A DNA stretch of 64,000 nt, taken from the NCBI GenBank assembly GCA_033763975.1, contig JANRJM010000013.1, positions 312,603-376,602 of the forward strand, read 5' to 3'. Under the pieces are notes generated by a model that was not told the origin of the DNA, searched no databases, and saw only the letters and a list, made by a program, of their open reading frames with translations. The position numbers and the translations under genes are program-made. This document shows, piece by piece, positions 55,606 through 64,000 of this stretch (position 1 is its first letter; each line of letters starts with the position of its first letter). The DNA comes from Planctomycetota bacterium (GTDB lineage: Bacteria; Planctomycetota; Phycisphaerae; Phycisphaerales; UBA1924).

Positions 55606-57152
55606 GCGGGGCCGGACACAGGGACGACGCCGTGCACGCCGGGGGCGTGCACGACCCCGCGACGCGCCTCGCGGCCGACGTGCGGTCCGGGCGACGGCGC
55701 GCGGTCGATGTCGTGAACGCCACGCTCGACGCCATCGACCGCGAGAACCCGCGCGTCAACGCCATCGTCCAGACGCTCCGCGAGCGAGCGCTCCGGTGCG
55801 CCGCCGACGTCGACGCCCGCGTCGCGCGGGGCGAGGACCTGCCCCTCGCGGGCGTTCCGGTCGCGATCAAGGACAACCTCTGCACAGGGCCCGACGGGCG
55901 CACGCCCGGCGACGGGCTCGGCCCCGGCGGGTTCACCACGTGCGCGTCGCGCTTCTTGGAGCACTACCAGTCGCCCTTCACCGCGACGTGCGCGCAGCGC
56001 CTGCTCGACGCCGGCGCGATCGTCGTCGGGAAGGCCAACCTCGACGAGTTCGCCATGGGCTCGTCCACCGAACGCTCGATCTTCGGCCCCACGCGCAACC
56101 CGCACGACCCCACGCGCGTGCCGGGCGGCTCGTCGGGCGGGTCGGCCGCGGCGGTCGCGCTGGGCGTGGTCCCCCTCGCGCTCGGCTCGGACACCGGCGG
56201 CTCGATCCGCCAGCCCGCCTCGCACTGCGGCGTCGTGGGCCTCAAGCCCACCTACGGGCGCGTCTCGCGCTTCGGGCTCGTGGCGTACGCCAGTTCGCTC
56301 GACCAGGTCGGCCCGCTCACGCGCAGCGTGCGCGACGCCGCCCTCGCGCTCGCCGTCATCGCCGGCCCGGACCCGCGCGACGCGACCAGCGACGCCCGAC
56401 CCGTGGGCGACCTGCTCGCCGACCTCGACACGCCCCTCGCGGGCCTGCGCGTGGGCGTCGTGCGCCAGGCGCGCGGGGCGGGTGTGTCGGCGGAGGTCGC
56501 GCTCGCGTACGCGACGGCCGCGGAACGCCTCGCGCCCGACCCTGCCGCGCGCGTCGAGATCGACCTGCCCTCGATCGACCACGCCATCGCCGCGTACTAC
56601 ATCGTCGCGACGGCCGAGGCGTCGTCGAACCTCGCGCGGTTCGACGGCGTGCGCTACGGGCGGCGGGCGGCCCTGTCGCCGGGCGACGGGCTCGAGGACC
56701 TCTACCGCGCAAGCCGCACCGAGGGCTTCGGGCCCGAGGTCCGCCGGCGCATCCTGCTCGGCACGCACGTGCTGAGCGCCGGGTACGCCGACGCGTACTA
56801 CACCACCGCGCTCAAGGTCCGCCGGCGCGTGCTCGAGGAGTTCAACGGCGCGTTCGAGCGCTGCGACGTCGTGCTCATGCCCGCGGCCCCGGGCCCGGCG
56901 TTCCGCGCGGGCGAGAAGATCAACGACCCGCTCGCCATGTACCTGGAGGACGTGTTCACCGTCGGCGTCAACCTGGCCGGGCTGCCCGCCATCTGCGTGC
57001 CCGTCGCCGGGCCCGGCGCGGGGGGCTCCGTCGCCGGCCCAACCGCGTCCGACGCGGGGCTGCCCATCGGTGTGCAGATCATCGCGCCCGCGTTCCAGGA
57101 ATCCCGCCTGCTGCGCGCGGCGGCGATGCTCGAACGCGCGATGCGCGGCTGA
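55602..57152 (+). CDS. gatA: Asp/Glu-tRNA amidotransferase subunit A
   Basis: IKDN, GKANLDEFAMGSS, PGGSSGGSAAAV, GSDTGGSIRQPA, NLARFDGVRYG, EVRRRILLGT. Confidence 0.96.
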   Translation: MSGAGHRDDAVHAGGVHDPATRLAADVRSGRRRAVDVVNATLDAIDRENPRVNAIVQTLRERALRCAADVDARVARGEDLPLAGVPVAIKDNLCTGPDGRTPGDGLGPGGFTTCASRFLEHYQSPFTATCAQRLLDAGAIVVGKANLDEFAMGSSTERSIFGPTRNPHDPTRVPGGSSGGSAAAVALGVVPLALGSDTGGSIRQPASHCGVVGLKPTYGRVSRFGLVAYASSLDQVGPLTRSVRDAALALAVIAGPDPRDATSDARPVGDLLADLDTPLAGLRVGVVRQARGAGVSAEVALAYATAAERLAPDPAARVEIDLPSIDHAIAAYYIVATAEASSNLARFDGVRYGRRAALSPGDGLEDLYRASRTEGFGPEVRRRILLGTHVLSAGYADAYYTTALKVRRRVLEEFNGAFERCDVVLMPAAPGPAFRAGEKINDPLAMYLEDVFTVGVNLAGLPAICVPVAGPGAGGSVAGPTASDAGLPIGVQIIAPAFQESRLLRAAAMLERAMRG

Positions 57153-57195
57153 GGCCCGCCGCCCGCGATCCCGCGGGCGCGTCGGGCGCGCCCCG

Positions 57196-57201
57196 TACAC
57201 T
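57196..57201 (+). promoter_or_regulatory. Leaderless-type -10 box of the PilC/GspF-like gene
   Basis: TACACT 7 nt before ATG 57209. Confidence 0.55.
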
Positions 57202-57208
57202 TGTCGCG

Positions 57209-58414
57209 ATGTCCTCCGCTCCGCGCGAGACCCGCACGGCCTATCTCGCCGCCCGACCCGACGGCGGGCGACGCGTCGGGCTCATCCGCGCCCGCGACGC
57301 GCGCCACCTCGCCGAACAACTCCGACGCGAGCGCCTCGTGCCGCTGCGCACCTGGACGCTGCCCGACTGGGCGCCGGGAGGGTCCGGCTCGGTGCGACTC
57401 AAGGACCAGTGCGAGGTGCACACGCAGCTCGCCCAGCTCCTCAACCGGGGCGTCCCGCTCGTCGAAGCGCTCGACGTCGTGCGGGCGGCGGTGGCGCCGG
57501 GCGCGCGACCGAAGGTCGACCGCATGCGCGAACTCGTGGCGGGTGGCAGCTCGTTCGCCGACGCCTGCCGCAGCGTCGGCATCTTCGACATCGTCACGAT
57601 CGCGGTGTATCGCGCGTCGGAGCGGACGGGCGACCTGGGCGGGGCGGCCAAGCAACTGGCGCTGACGACGCGCCGGCAACTGGCGATCTCCGGAAAGGCC
57701 GGCACGCTGCTCATCTACCCCGCGGTGGTGCTGAGCATCAGCATCTGCGTGGCGTTCGGGATGATCACGTACGTCGTGCCGCTGGTCGCCAAGTCGCTGA
57801 CCGACAACAACCAGGAGATCCCGCTCATCACGCGGGTGCTGGTGGACGTCGGGCTGTTCCTGCGGGGCAACCTGCCGCTGGTCGCCCTCGTGGTGCTGGG
57901 GCTCGTCACGGGCGGGGTGTTCGCGCGCAAGCGCATCGGCGCGCTGGTGCAGCGGGCGGCGCGCCGCGTGCCGCTGATGCGCGACGTCATGCTGGCGCAG
58001 GAGTCGGCCCGGTTCTTCACGGTGATGGCCGCCATGACGCGCAGCGGGATCACCCTCGCCGACGCGCTGGGCGTGGCGATCGGCGTGATCAACTACCCCG
58101 TGCTGAAGGCGCAGCTGCAGACGCTGCGGACGCGCCTGATCGAGGGCGGCGTGCTGCGCCAGCTCATCGACGCGGTCGACGCGCTCCCGCTCTCGACGCG
58201 CCGCCTGCTCATCGCCGCCGAGCGCGCGGGCGACCTCGAGAGCGCGTTCGACACGCTCGCGACCGACACGGCCGACGAGCTCGATCGCCGTTCGCAGCGC
58301 CTGCTGGCGGCGCTCGAACCCCTGCTCATCGTCTTCCTGTTCGCGATCATCGGGACGCTGCTGCTGTCGATCATGATCCCGATCATCCAGGCCAGCGCCG
58401 GGGCCGCGGGGTAG
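57209..58414 (+). CDS. Type II secretion / type IV pilus platform protein (GspF/PilC family)
   Basis: QLAQLLNRGVPLVEAL, ERTGDL, LLIYP, RSGITLADAL, AERAGDL, LEPLLIV..IIG.LLLSIMIP. Confidence 0.9.
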   Translation: MSSAPRETRTAYLAARPDGGRRVGLIRARDARHLAEQLRRERLVPLRTWTLPDWAPGGSGSVRLKDQCEVHTQLAQLLNRGVPLVEALDVVRAAVAPGARPKVDRMRELVAGGSSFADACRSVGIFDIVTIAVYRASERTGDLGGAAKQLALTTRRQLAISGKAGTLLIYPAVVLSISICVAFGMITYVVPLVAKSLTDNNQEIPLITRVLVDVGLFLRGNLPLVALVVLGLVTGGVFARKRIGALVQRAARRVPLMRDVMLAQESARFFTVMAAMTRSGITLADALGVAIGVINYPVLKAQLQTLRTRLIEGGVLRQLIDAVDALPLSTRRLLIAAERAGDLESAFDTLATDTADELDRRSQRLLAALEPLLIVFLFAIIGTLLLSIMIPIIQASAGAAG

Positions 58415-58418
58415 CACG

Positions 58419-59639
58419 ATGATCGACCTCGACCACAACGCGACGACACGCCCCACCCCGGGCGTGGTCGAGGGCGTGCTGCACGCCCTGCGCGAGGCGT
58501 GGCACAACCCCTCGAGCGTGCACCGGGGCGGGCAGGCCGCCCGGGCCCGGGTCGAGCTCGCGCGCGAACAGATCGCGGCGTTGCTGGCGGCCCACGCGCG
58601 GGAGGTCACGTTCACCGGCTCGGGCACCGAGAGCATCGACCTGGCCATCCGCGGGACGCTGGCCCGCCTGCCCGCGCCCAAGCGCGTGCTGGTGACGACG
58701 CCCGTGGAGCACGCCGCCGTGCGCGACCTCGCGTCGGAACTCGCCAAGGCCGAGGGCGTCGAGGTGCGCCCGCTGCCGGTGGATCCCGGCGGGCTGGTCG
58801 ATCCCGCGGACGTCGCGCGCCTCGCCCAGGGCGCGGGGCTCGTGAGCGTGCAGTGGGCGAACAACGAGACGGGCGCGATCCAGCCGATCCGCGAGATCGC
58901 CGAGGCGGCCCGGCGCGCCGGCTGCGTCGTGCACGTCGACGCCACGCAATGGGTGGGCAAGGAGCCCGCCGACGTCGGCCAGGGGTCGGGCGCCTGGTGC
59001 GACCTGCTGACCTGCTCGGCGCACAAGTTTCACGGGCCCAAGGGCGTGGGCGTGCTGTGGGCGCGGAGCGGGCTGGGCCTGCGCCCGAGACTGCTGGGCA
59101 CGCAGGAACTCGGACGCCGCGGCGGCACGGAGAACGTCCCTGGCATCGTCGGCGCTGGGCTCGCCGCCGATGAGGCGCGGGCATGGTTGGCCGACCCCGC
59201 ACTGCGAGCCGCCCAGCGTGGGCTGCGCGACCTGTTCGAGTCGCGCGTGCTTGCCGGGGCGCCGGGGTTGCGGGTGAACGGGCCGCCCGACGCGGGGCGA
59301 CGCCTGTGGAACACGACCAACATCGCCTTCCCGCGCCTCGAGGCCGAGGCGGTCCTGCTGCTGCTGAGCGAGCGGGGGGTGAACGCCTCGGCTGGGGCGG
59401 CGTGCAGTTCGGGCTCGCTCGAGCCCTCGCCAGTGCTGCTGGCGATGGGGGTGCCCCCCGAGTACGCGCACGGGTCGGTGCGCTTCAGCCTCTCGCGCGA
59501 GACCACCCGCGACGAGATCGAGCACGCAGCGACGATCGTGGCGCAGGGTGTGCGCACGCTGGCGGCGGGCGTGCCCCCGGCGCGAGAAGCGACAGTCGCC
59601 ACGCGAACGCCCGGACAGGCTGATATCCTCGGGCCATGA
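58419..59639 (+). CDS. iscS: Cysteine desulfurase, IscS/NifS group I
   Basis: DLDHNATT, FTGSGTES, VEHAAV, WANNETG, SAHKFHGPKG, SAGAACSSG, SVRFSL. Confidence 0.9.
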   Translation: MIDLDHNATTRPTPGVVEGVLHALREAWHNPSSVHRGGQAARARVELAREQIAALLAAHAREVTFTGSGTESIDLAIRGTLARLPAPKRVLVTTPVEHAAVRDLASELAKAEGVEVRPLPVDPGGLVDPADVARLAQGAGLVSVQWANNETGAIQPIREIAEAARRAGCVVHVDATQWVGKEPADVGQGSGAWCDLLTCSAHKFHGPKGVGVLWARSGLGLRPRLLGTQELGRRGGTENVPGIVGAGLAADEARAWLADPALRAAQRGLRDLFESRVLAGAPGLRVNGPPDAGRRLWNTTNIAFPRLEAEAVLLLLSERGVNASAGAACSSGSLEPSPVLLAMGVPPEYAHGSVRFSLSRETTRDEIEHAATIVAQGVRTLAAGVPPAREATVATRTPGQADILGP

Positions 59640-60364
59640 CCACTTTCCCTCAGCCGGGGTTCGACGTCGCGCCCGCCCAGCCCACGCGCACGAGCATCGC
59701 CGCGATCCTCTCGCTGGTGTGCGGCGTGCTGGGGCTCATCGCCTGCTGCATCCCCGTCGTGTCGCCCGCGCTGGGCGTCGTCGGGCTGCTCTTCGCGGTG
59801 TTCGCGTTCCTGTCGATCGGACGCTCGAACGGCGCCGTGGGCGGGCGGGGCATCGCGGTGGGCGGGCTGGTCTGCTCCATCGTCACGGTCGTGCTGGGCA
59901 TCTTCATGGTGTTCGGCATGAACATGGTCGTGAACATGATCGGGGCGTACGGGAAGGTCGTCGAGATGGCGCAGTCCGACGACACCACCGGGCTGTCCGA
60001 GGCGCTCTCGTCGGGCACCGCGAGCGCCATCACGCCCGAGGACATCGAGAACTTCAAGGCCGAGTCCGGCGGCTCGCTGGGCAAGTACCAGCGCGTCACC
60101 CCGGGCATGATGGCGCTCTTCGGCTCGTTCGGAAAGCTCGGCCCCATCGCCGGGTCGATCCCCTCGCAGTACCAGCAGGGGGGCTCGGGGTACACCATGC
60201 TCCCCATGCCCGGCGAGTTCGAGAAGGGCAAGGGCCTCATCATCGTGGTCGTCAACCAGGGCGAGCAGACGCCCCAGTGGCAGATGGGCAAGGTCGTCAA
60301 CATCGGCGTCGCGCCCGACGGCGGGCCGATCACCTGGCTCGTCGACCCCGCGTCGCTCCCCTGA
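59636..60364 (+). CDS. DUF4190-like membrane protein
   Basis: TSIAAILSLVCGVLG...GGRGIAVGGLVCS; ATGA overlap upstream and TGATG overlap downstream. Confidence 0.75.
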   Translation: MTTFPQPGFDVAPAQPTRTSIAAILSLVCGVLGLIACCIPVVSPALGVVGLLFAVFAFLSIGRSNGAVGGRGIAVGGLVCSIVTVVLGIFMVFGMNMVVNMIGAYGKVVEMAQSDDTTGLSEALSSGTASAITPEDIENFKAESGGSLGKYQRVTPGMMALFGSFGKLGPIAGSIPSQYQQGGSGYTMLPMPGEFEKGKGLIIVVVNQGEQTPQWQMGKVVNIGVAPDGGPITWLVDPASLP

Positions 60365-61101
60365 TGCGCGACGCCCGCACCCTTCACCCCGCGAGCTGCC
60401 CCGCCGTGACCACCGACCACGCCTGGATCCACGCGCTCCGCGGGCGCTTCGTCGCGTTCGAAGGGGCCGACGGCTCGGGCAAGAGCACCCAGCTCCGGCG
60501 CTTCATCGACCTGGCCCGCACCGCCGGCGTCGGCCTCTGCGAGGTGCGCGAGCCCGGCGGGACGCACGTCGGCGAACGCATCCGGGCCATCCTGCTCGAC
60601 AAGGCCTCCGACGGCATCACGCTCCGCTGCGAGATGCTGCTCTACATGGCCAGCCGCGCCCAACTGGTCGAAACCCGCATCCGCCCGGCGATCGCACGGG
60701 GCGAACTCGTCATCGCCGATCGCTTCGTGACATCGACGTACGCGTACCAGGGCAGCGCGGGGGGTCTGCCGGAGCCCGAGATCGACGCCGTCGCCCGCGT
60801 CGCCTGCGACCGCACCCTGCCGGACCTCATCATCATCTTCGATGTCGACGAGAAGACGGCGGCCCGTCGCACGGGCGTCGAGCCCGGCGGGCGCCAGCAC
60901 CCCCACGCCGGCCCGTCGCTCTTCGCCGATCGCATGGAAGATCGCGACGCGTCGTTCCGCACCGCCGTGCGCGCGGGGTACCTCGCCCAGGCCGCCCGCG
61001 ACCCCGCGCGCCACGCCGTCCTCGACGCCTCCGGCACGCCCGACGAGGTCTGGGCACGCCTGCTCGACGCCCTGCGCGCCTTCGCCGCCAGGCCCGCCTG
61101 A
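60364..61101 (+). CDS. tmk: Thymidylate kinase
   Basis: FEGADGSGKSTQ, REPGGT, LLYMASRAQLV, IADRFVTSTYAYQG. Confidence 0.96.
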   Translation: MRDARTLHPASCPAVTTDHAWIHALRGRFVAFEGADGSGKSTQLRRFIDLARTAGVGLCEVREPGGTHVGERIRAILLDKASDGITLRCEMLLYMASRAQLVETRIRPAIARGELVIADRFVTSTYAYQGSAGGLPEPEIDAVARVACDRTLPDLIIIFDVDEKTAARRTGVEPGGRQHPHAGPSLFADRMEDRDASFRTAVRAGYLAQAARDPARHAVLDASGTPDEVWARLLDALRAFAARPA

Positions 61102-61147
61102 ACACCCCGCGGGCGCACCCCACGCTCGCCGCCCGGAAGTCTCCCGC

Positions 61148-61882
61148 ATGCTCGTGCCCGTTCTGATCCTCGGCGCGCTCCTCGCCGGGTCCGTCCCCTT
61201 CGGGCTGCTCGTCGCCCGCGCCAAGGGCATCGACCTGCGCGCCCACGGCTCGGGGAACATCGGCGCCACCAACGCCGGACGAGTGCTCGGCGCCCGCTGG
61301 TTCGGCGTCGTCTTCGCCCTCGACTTCCTCAAGGGCTTCCTGCCCACCCTGGGCGCGGGGCTGCTGCTGGGCACGCTCGGCACGCTCGCCATCCCCCCGG
61401 CGGCGTCGCTCGCGTGGCTCAGCGTCGGCGTCGCCGCCGTGCTCGGGCACGTCTTCTCGCCCTGGCTGGGCTTCAAGGGGGGCAAGGGCGTCGCGACCGG
61501 CGCGGGCGTGCTGCTCGCCGCGTTCCCGGGTCTCACCGTCCCCGCGCTCGGCGGGGCGGTGGCGTTCTTTGTCGTGCTTCGCGTCGCGCGCTACATGAGC
61601 GTCGCGTCGATGGCCGCCGCGGCGTCGATCCCGCTGTTCGTCGGCGTGTGGTTCCACGCCGTCCACGAACGCTGGGTCACCGCGCGCTGGCTGGGCGCGC
61701 CGGCGCCGGGCGAGCCGCCCGTCGAGGTCGTGCACATGCTGGCGTTCCTGGGCGTCGCCGCGGCGTTGGCCGGGCTGGTCATCTGGGCACACCGCAGCAA
61801 CATCGCCCGCCTGCGCGCGGGCACCGAGCCCCGCTGGCCCCGACCTCGCCCCGACGGGCCCCGCGCGGACCGCCGCCCCTGA
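61148..61882 (+). CDS. plsY: Glycerol-3-phosphate acyltransferase
   Basis: GSVPFG, DLRAHGSGNIGATNAGR, LDFLKG, GHVFSPWLGFKGGKGVAT, HRSNIARL. Confidence 0.95.
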   Translation: MLVPVLILGALLAGSVPFGLLVARAKGIDLRAHGSGNIGATNAGRVLGARWFGVVFALDFLKGFLPTLGAGLLLGTLGTLAIPPAASLAWLSVGVAAVLGHVFSPWLGFKGGKGVATGAGVLLAAFPGLTVPALGGAVAFFVVLRVARYMSVASMAAAASIPLFVGVWFHAVHERWVTARWLGAPAPGEPPVEVVHMLAFLGVAAALAGLVIWAHRSNIARLRAGTEPRWPRPRPDGPRADRRP

Positions 61883-62060
61883 AGGTTCATCCTCAAAAAC
61901 TCACCCCGGGGCCAGGCACACGCCTGGGCCCAGCACACATCGGGGTGAGGGGAGACTGGTCCCACGAGACGGGCGGAACCATGACGGCGCGCAGGGCCGC
62001 CGCACCCGCAATGTCCGGCGGGGGTGCCGGCCTTGCACCGAGATCGAAATCGCGGCCGAC

Positions 62061-63812
62061 CTAGGACCGCACGCGGACCACGATGAGCGTCTTGTCGTCG
62101 GGCACTTGGGCGAGCCCGGCGAACTGCCGGACCTCCCACAGGATGTGCTCGAGCACGCTCGGCGCGGTCACCTCGCGCCCGCCGCGCAGGGCCGTCAGCA
62201 TCGCCTGGCGCAGGCGTGCCTTGCCGAAGCGTTCTCCGGCGAAGTTCACGGCGTCGCACACGCCGTCGGTGTACCCGACGAGGACGTCGCCGGGCGACAG
62301 ATCAAACACCGCCCGCTGGTAGCGCTGGCTGGGGTCGACACCCACGACCATCCCGCCAACGGAGAGTTCGTCGACGTCCGCGCTGCTGGGCGGGCGGTGG
62401 GTGGGCACGCGGACGATCATCGGGGGCTCGTGCCCGGCGGAACAGTACGTGAGGCGCCGGTTCGAGGGGTCGATCACGCCGTACCACAGGCTCGCGAACT
62501 CGTCGTCGCGCATGTCGCGGCAGAGCGCCTGGTTCACGCGCGCCACGACCTCGTCGAGGTCGTACACCTCGCGGGCGTGGGCCCGCAGGCTCGATCGGAC
62601 CGACGCCATGAGCAGCGCCGCGGCGATCCCCTTGCCCACGACGTCGCCGATCGCGATGCCCACGTGCCCGGAGAGCTCGATGAAGTCGTAGAAGTCGCCC
62701 CCGAGCTCGAAACTGGGGATGTACTTCGCGGCGAACTCGAGCTGCGGGCTGTTCGGCACGCCCCGGGGCAGCATCCGGCGCTGCACGTCGCCGGCGAGCT
62801 GCAACTGGCGCTGCACGCGCTGCTCTTCCTGCTCGAAGCGCAGCAGGCGCGACTGCTCGAGCGAGACCGCCGCCTGCTGCGCCAACGCCCCCAGCAGCCG
62901 CTTGTCCGCCTCGTCGAACCGGCGCACCCCGCGCGCGTACAGGCGGATGACCCCGAGCGTGCGCTCCTTGAACACCAGCCCCGCCTGGATCGCCGAGCGC
63001 AGCCCCTCGCGACGCACTTCCTCGCGGATGAACACCCGGTCGTCGAGCAGCAGGTCCTCCACCACGACCATCCGCCCCGCGATCACCGCGCGATCGAACT
63101 GGCGGTCCTTGCTCAGGGGCAGCGGGTTGTCCAGCCACTCGCGCGACAGCCCGCGGCTGGCCTTCAGCAGCACGTCCTCCTCCAGCGGCGCGATGCCCCC
63201 GTCGGGATCCTCGCGGAACAGCACGATCGACCCCGCGTCCAGCTCCAGCACGTCTAGCGCCGAATCGAGCGCGACCTTCAGCACCTTCTCGGGGCCCGCC
63301 GCCCGCACCATCAGCGAACTCATCCGCGACAACGCCGAGATCTCCCGGATCCGGTCGCGCAGCTCGGCCTCGTACTGCACGATCTCGCCCGTCGACTGCG
63401 CCAGTAGCGTCATCACCCGCTCGAGCCGGTCTCGCGCATCGGGCGCCAGCACCGGCTCGCCCGGCCCCAGCGTCAGCATCCCCACGCGCAGCCCGCCCAG
63501 CATGAGCGGGAACGTCGCGACCGGCGCCGGAATGTCCGCCGGGTCCGCCACCGCCCATCCCTCGCTCTGCGCCACGATCACGCGCCCGGCCGGGTCGCGC
63601 AGGTCCGCCCGCACCCCCGTGAGGCGCGTGAACTCCGCGCACAGGCGCGCGAGCGAGCCATCGGTCAGGAACTCGACGATCGACGCGTGCCGCGACGGCG
63701 CGCTCCGCGCCCCGCCGGCCCCGTCGGTCGCCGGCACGGGCGCGGCCCGATCGGTCGAGGTCGCGGGCGCTGGGCCGGCCCCGGAAGATGTCGCGCCCGG
63801 GCCCGCGTTCAC
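62061..63812 (-). CDS. PocR-like + GAF + PP2C (SpoIIE/RsbU-type) phosphatase
   Basis: RLTGVRADLRDPAG, GAF region, LGGDFYD, IGDVVGKG, CSAGHEPP, GYTDGV, DDKTLIVV; GTG start overlaps the upstream stop (GTGA). Confidence 0.9.
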   Translation of the reverse strand: MNAGPGATSSGAGPAPATSTDRAAPVPATDGAGGARSAPSRHASIVEFLTDGSLARLCAEFTRLTGVRADLRDPAGRVIVAQSEGWAVADPADIPAPVATFPLMLGGLRVGMLTLGPGEPVLAPDARDRLERVMTLLAQSTGEIVQYEAELRDRIREISALSRMSSLMVRAAGPEKVLKVALDSALDVLELDAGSIVLFREDPDGGIAPLEEDVLLKASRGLSREWLDNPLPLSKDRQFDRAVIAGRMVVVEDLLLDDRVFIREEVRREGLRSAIQAGLVFKERTLGVIRLYARGVRRFDEADKRLLGALAQQAAVSLEQSRLLRFEQEEQRVQRQLQLAGDVQRRMLPRGVPNSPQLEFAAKYIPSFELGGDFYDFIELSGHVGIAIGDVVGKGIAAALLMASVRSSLRAHAREVYDLDEVVARVNQALCRDMRDDEFASLWYGVIDPSNRRLTYCSAGHEPPMIVRVPTHRPPSSADVDELSVGGMVVGVDPSQRYQRAVFDLSPGDVLVGYTDGVCDAVNFAGERFGKARLRQAMLTALRGGREVTAPSVLEHILWEVRQFAGLAQVPDDKTLIVVRVRS

Positions 63813-64000
63813 TTGGCCTCCCCGCCCACCCACACCCCGCGCAGCAGTTCCGCGAGCGCGTCCGTGCCCGGGGCCGCCTGCCCCTTGAGGGTCGCCTCCG
63901 CCGCACGCTCGCGCTCGATGGTGTCCAGCCCGCGCATCATCAGCCCGGCGTCGTCGATCTGGAAGCCGACGTACGCCAGCAGCAGCGCCGCCTCGGGGCT
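63809..64000 (-). CDS. C-terminal fragment of a hypothetical protein (5' end outside the window)
   Basis: Open frame SPEAALLLAYVGFQIDDAGLMMRGLDT...VWVGGEAK-stop, coupled to the PP2C gene. Confidence 0.65.
   Translation of the reverse strand, partial: SPEAALLLAYVGFQIDDAGLMMRGLDTIERERAAEATLKGQAAPGTDALAELLRGVWVGGEAK

Noticed and set aside
55300-57152. gatCA without gatB
   Set aside because: A separate gatB location is common and not informative.
54947-58414. Apparent 1155-aa fusion ending in GspF/PilC
   Set aside because: The N-terminal part is an alternative frame over gatC/gatA; the real gene starts at 57209 with its own -10 box.
61981-62040. GCACCCGCAATGT resembling the cobalamin riboswitch B12 box; also a 27-codon ORF at 61981-62064
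   Set aside because: Other riboswitch elements are not evident, and the site lies between convergent genes with nothing downstream to regulate; the ORF has no coding support.
1-64000. rRNA, tRNA, tmRNA, IS elements, integrases or prophage
   Set aside because: No cloverleaf, rRNA-like, transposase, integrase or phage signature seen; intergenic gaps are mostly too short. A tRNAscan/Infernal run would be decisive.

Overview
Very GC-rich bacterial chromosome segment (roughly 70-75% GC by eye), most likely Planctomycetota/Phycisphaerae. This taxon call is inferred from a VPAPG-type PEP-CTERM tail, futalosine-pathway mqnA and CxxCxY..CPECG zinc-ribbon membrane proteins. About 54 CDS are supportable; most long ORFs in the supplied track are antisense or frame-shifted GC shadows. 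I found no rRNA, tRNA, CRISPR array, transposase or integrase. Layout: (1) 1-4402, a truncated three-gene module of a membrane pseudokinase, a TssJ-like lipoprotein and a 656-aa kinase-like orphan; (2) livHMGF; (3) about 8.4-30.9 kb, a glycosylation-rich region with a PEP-CTERM protein, a GDP-mannose 3,5-epimerase with a histone-like tail, fcl, GT4, two FkbM methyltransferases, Wzx, an EEP protein, gmd, an ALG10-like GT-C enzyme, a UbiA/DPPR-synthase homologue, a metzincin and three tandem SPINDLY-like GT41 enzymes; (4) housekeeping, lipid and envelope genes (gmk, DAGK-like, plsC-like, cdsA-like, mqnA, rplM-rpsI, lptB, gatCA, iscS, tmk, plsY, a PP2C phosphatase). Best leads: the set of glycosylation enzymes resembling eukaryotic families (ALG10-like, three SPY-like, GME) beside GDP-fucose genes, the pseudokinase/TssJ-like module, and a recurrent TAnnnT -10 box 5-8 nt before start codons that implies widespread leaderless mRNAs. 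Family assignments come from motif recognition from memory, not database searches.
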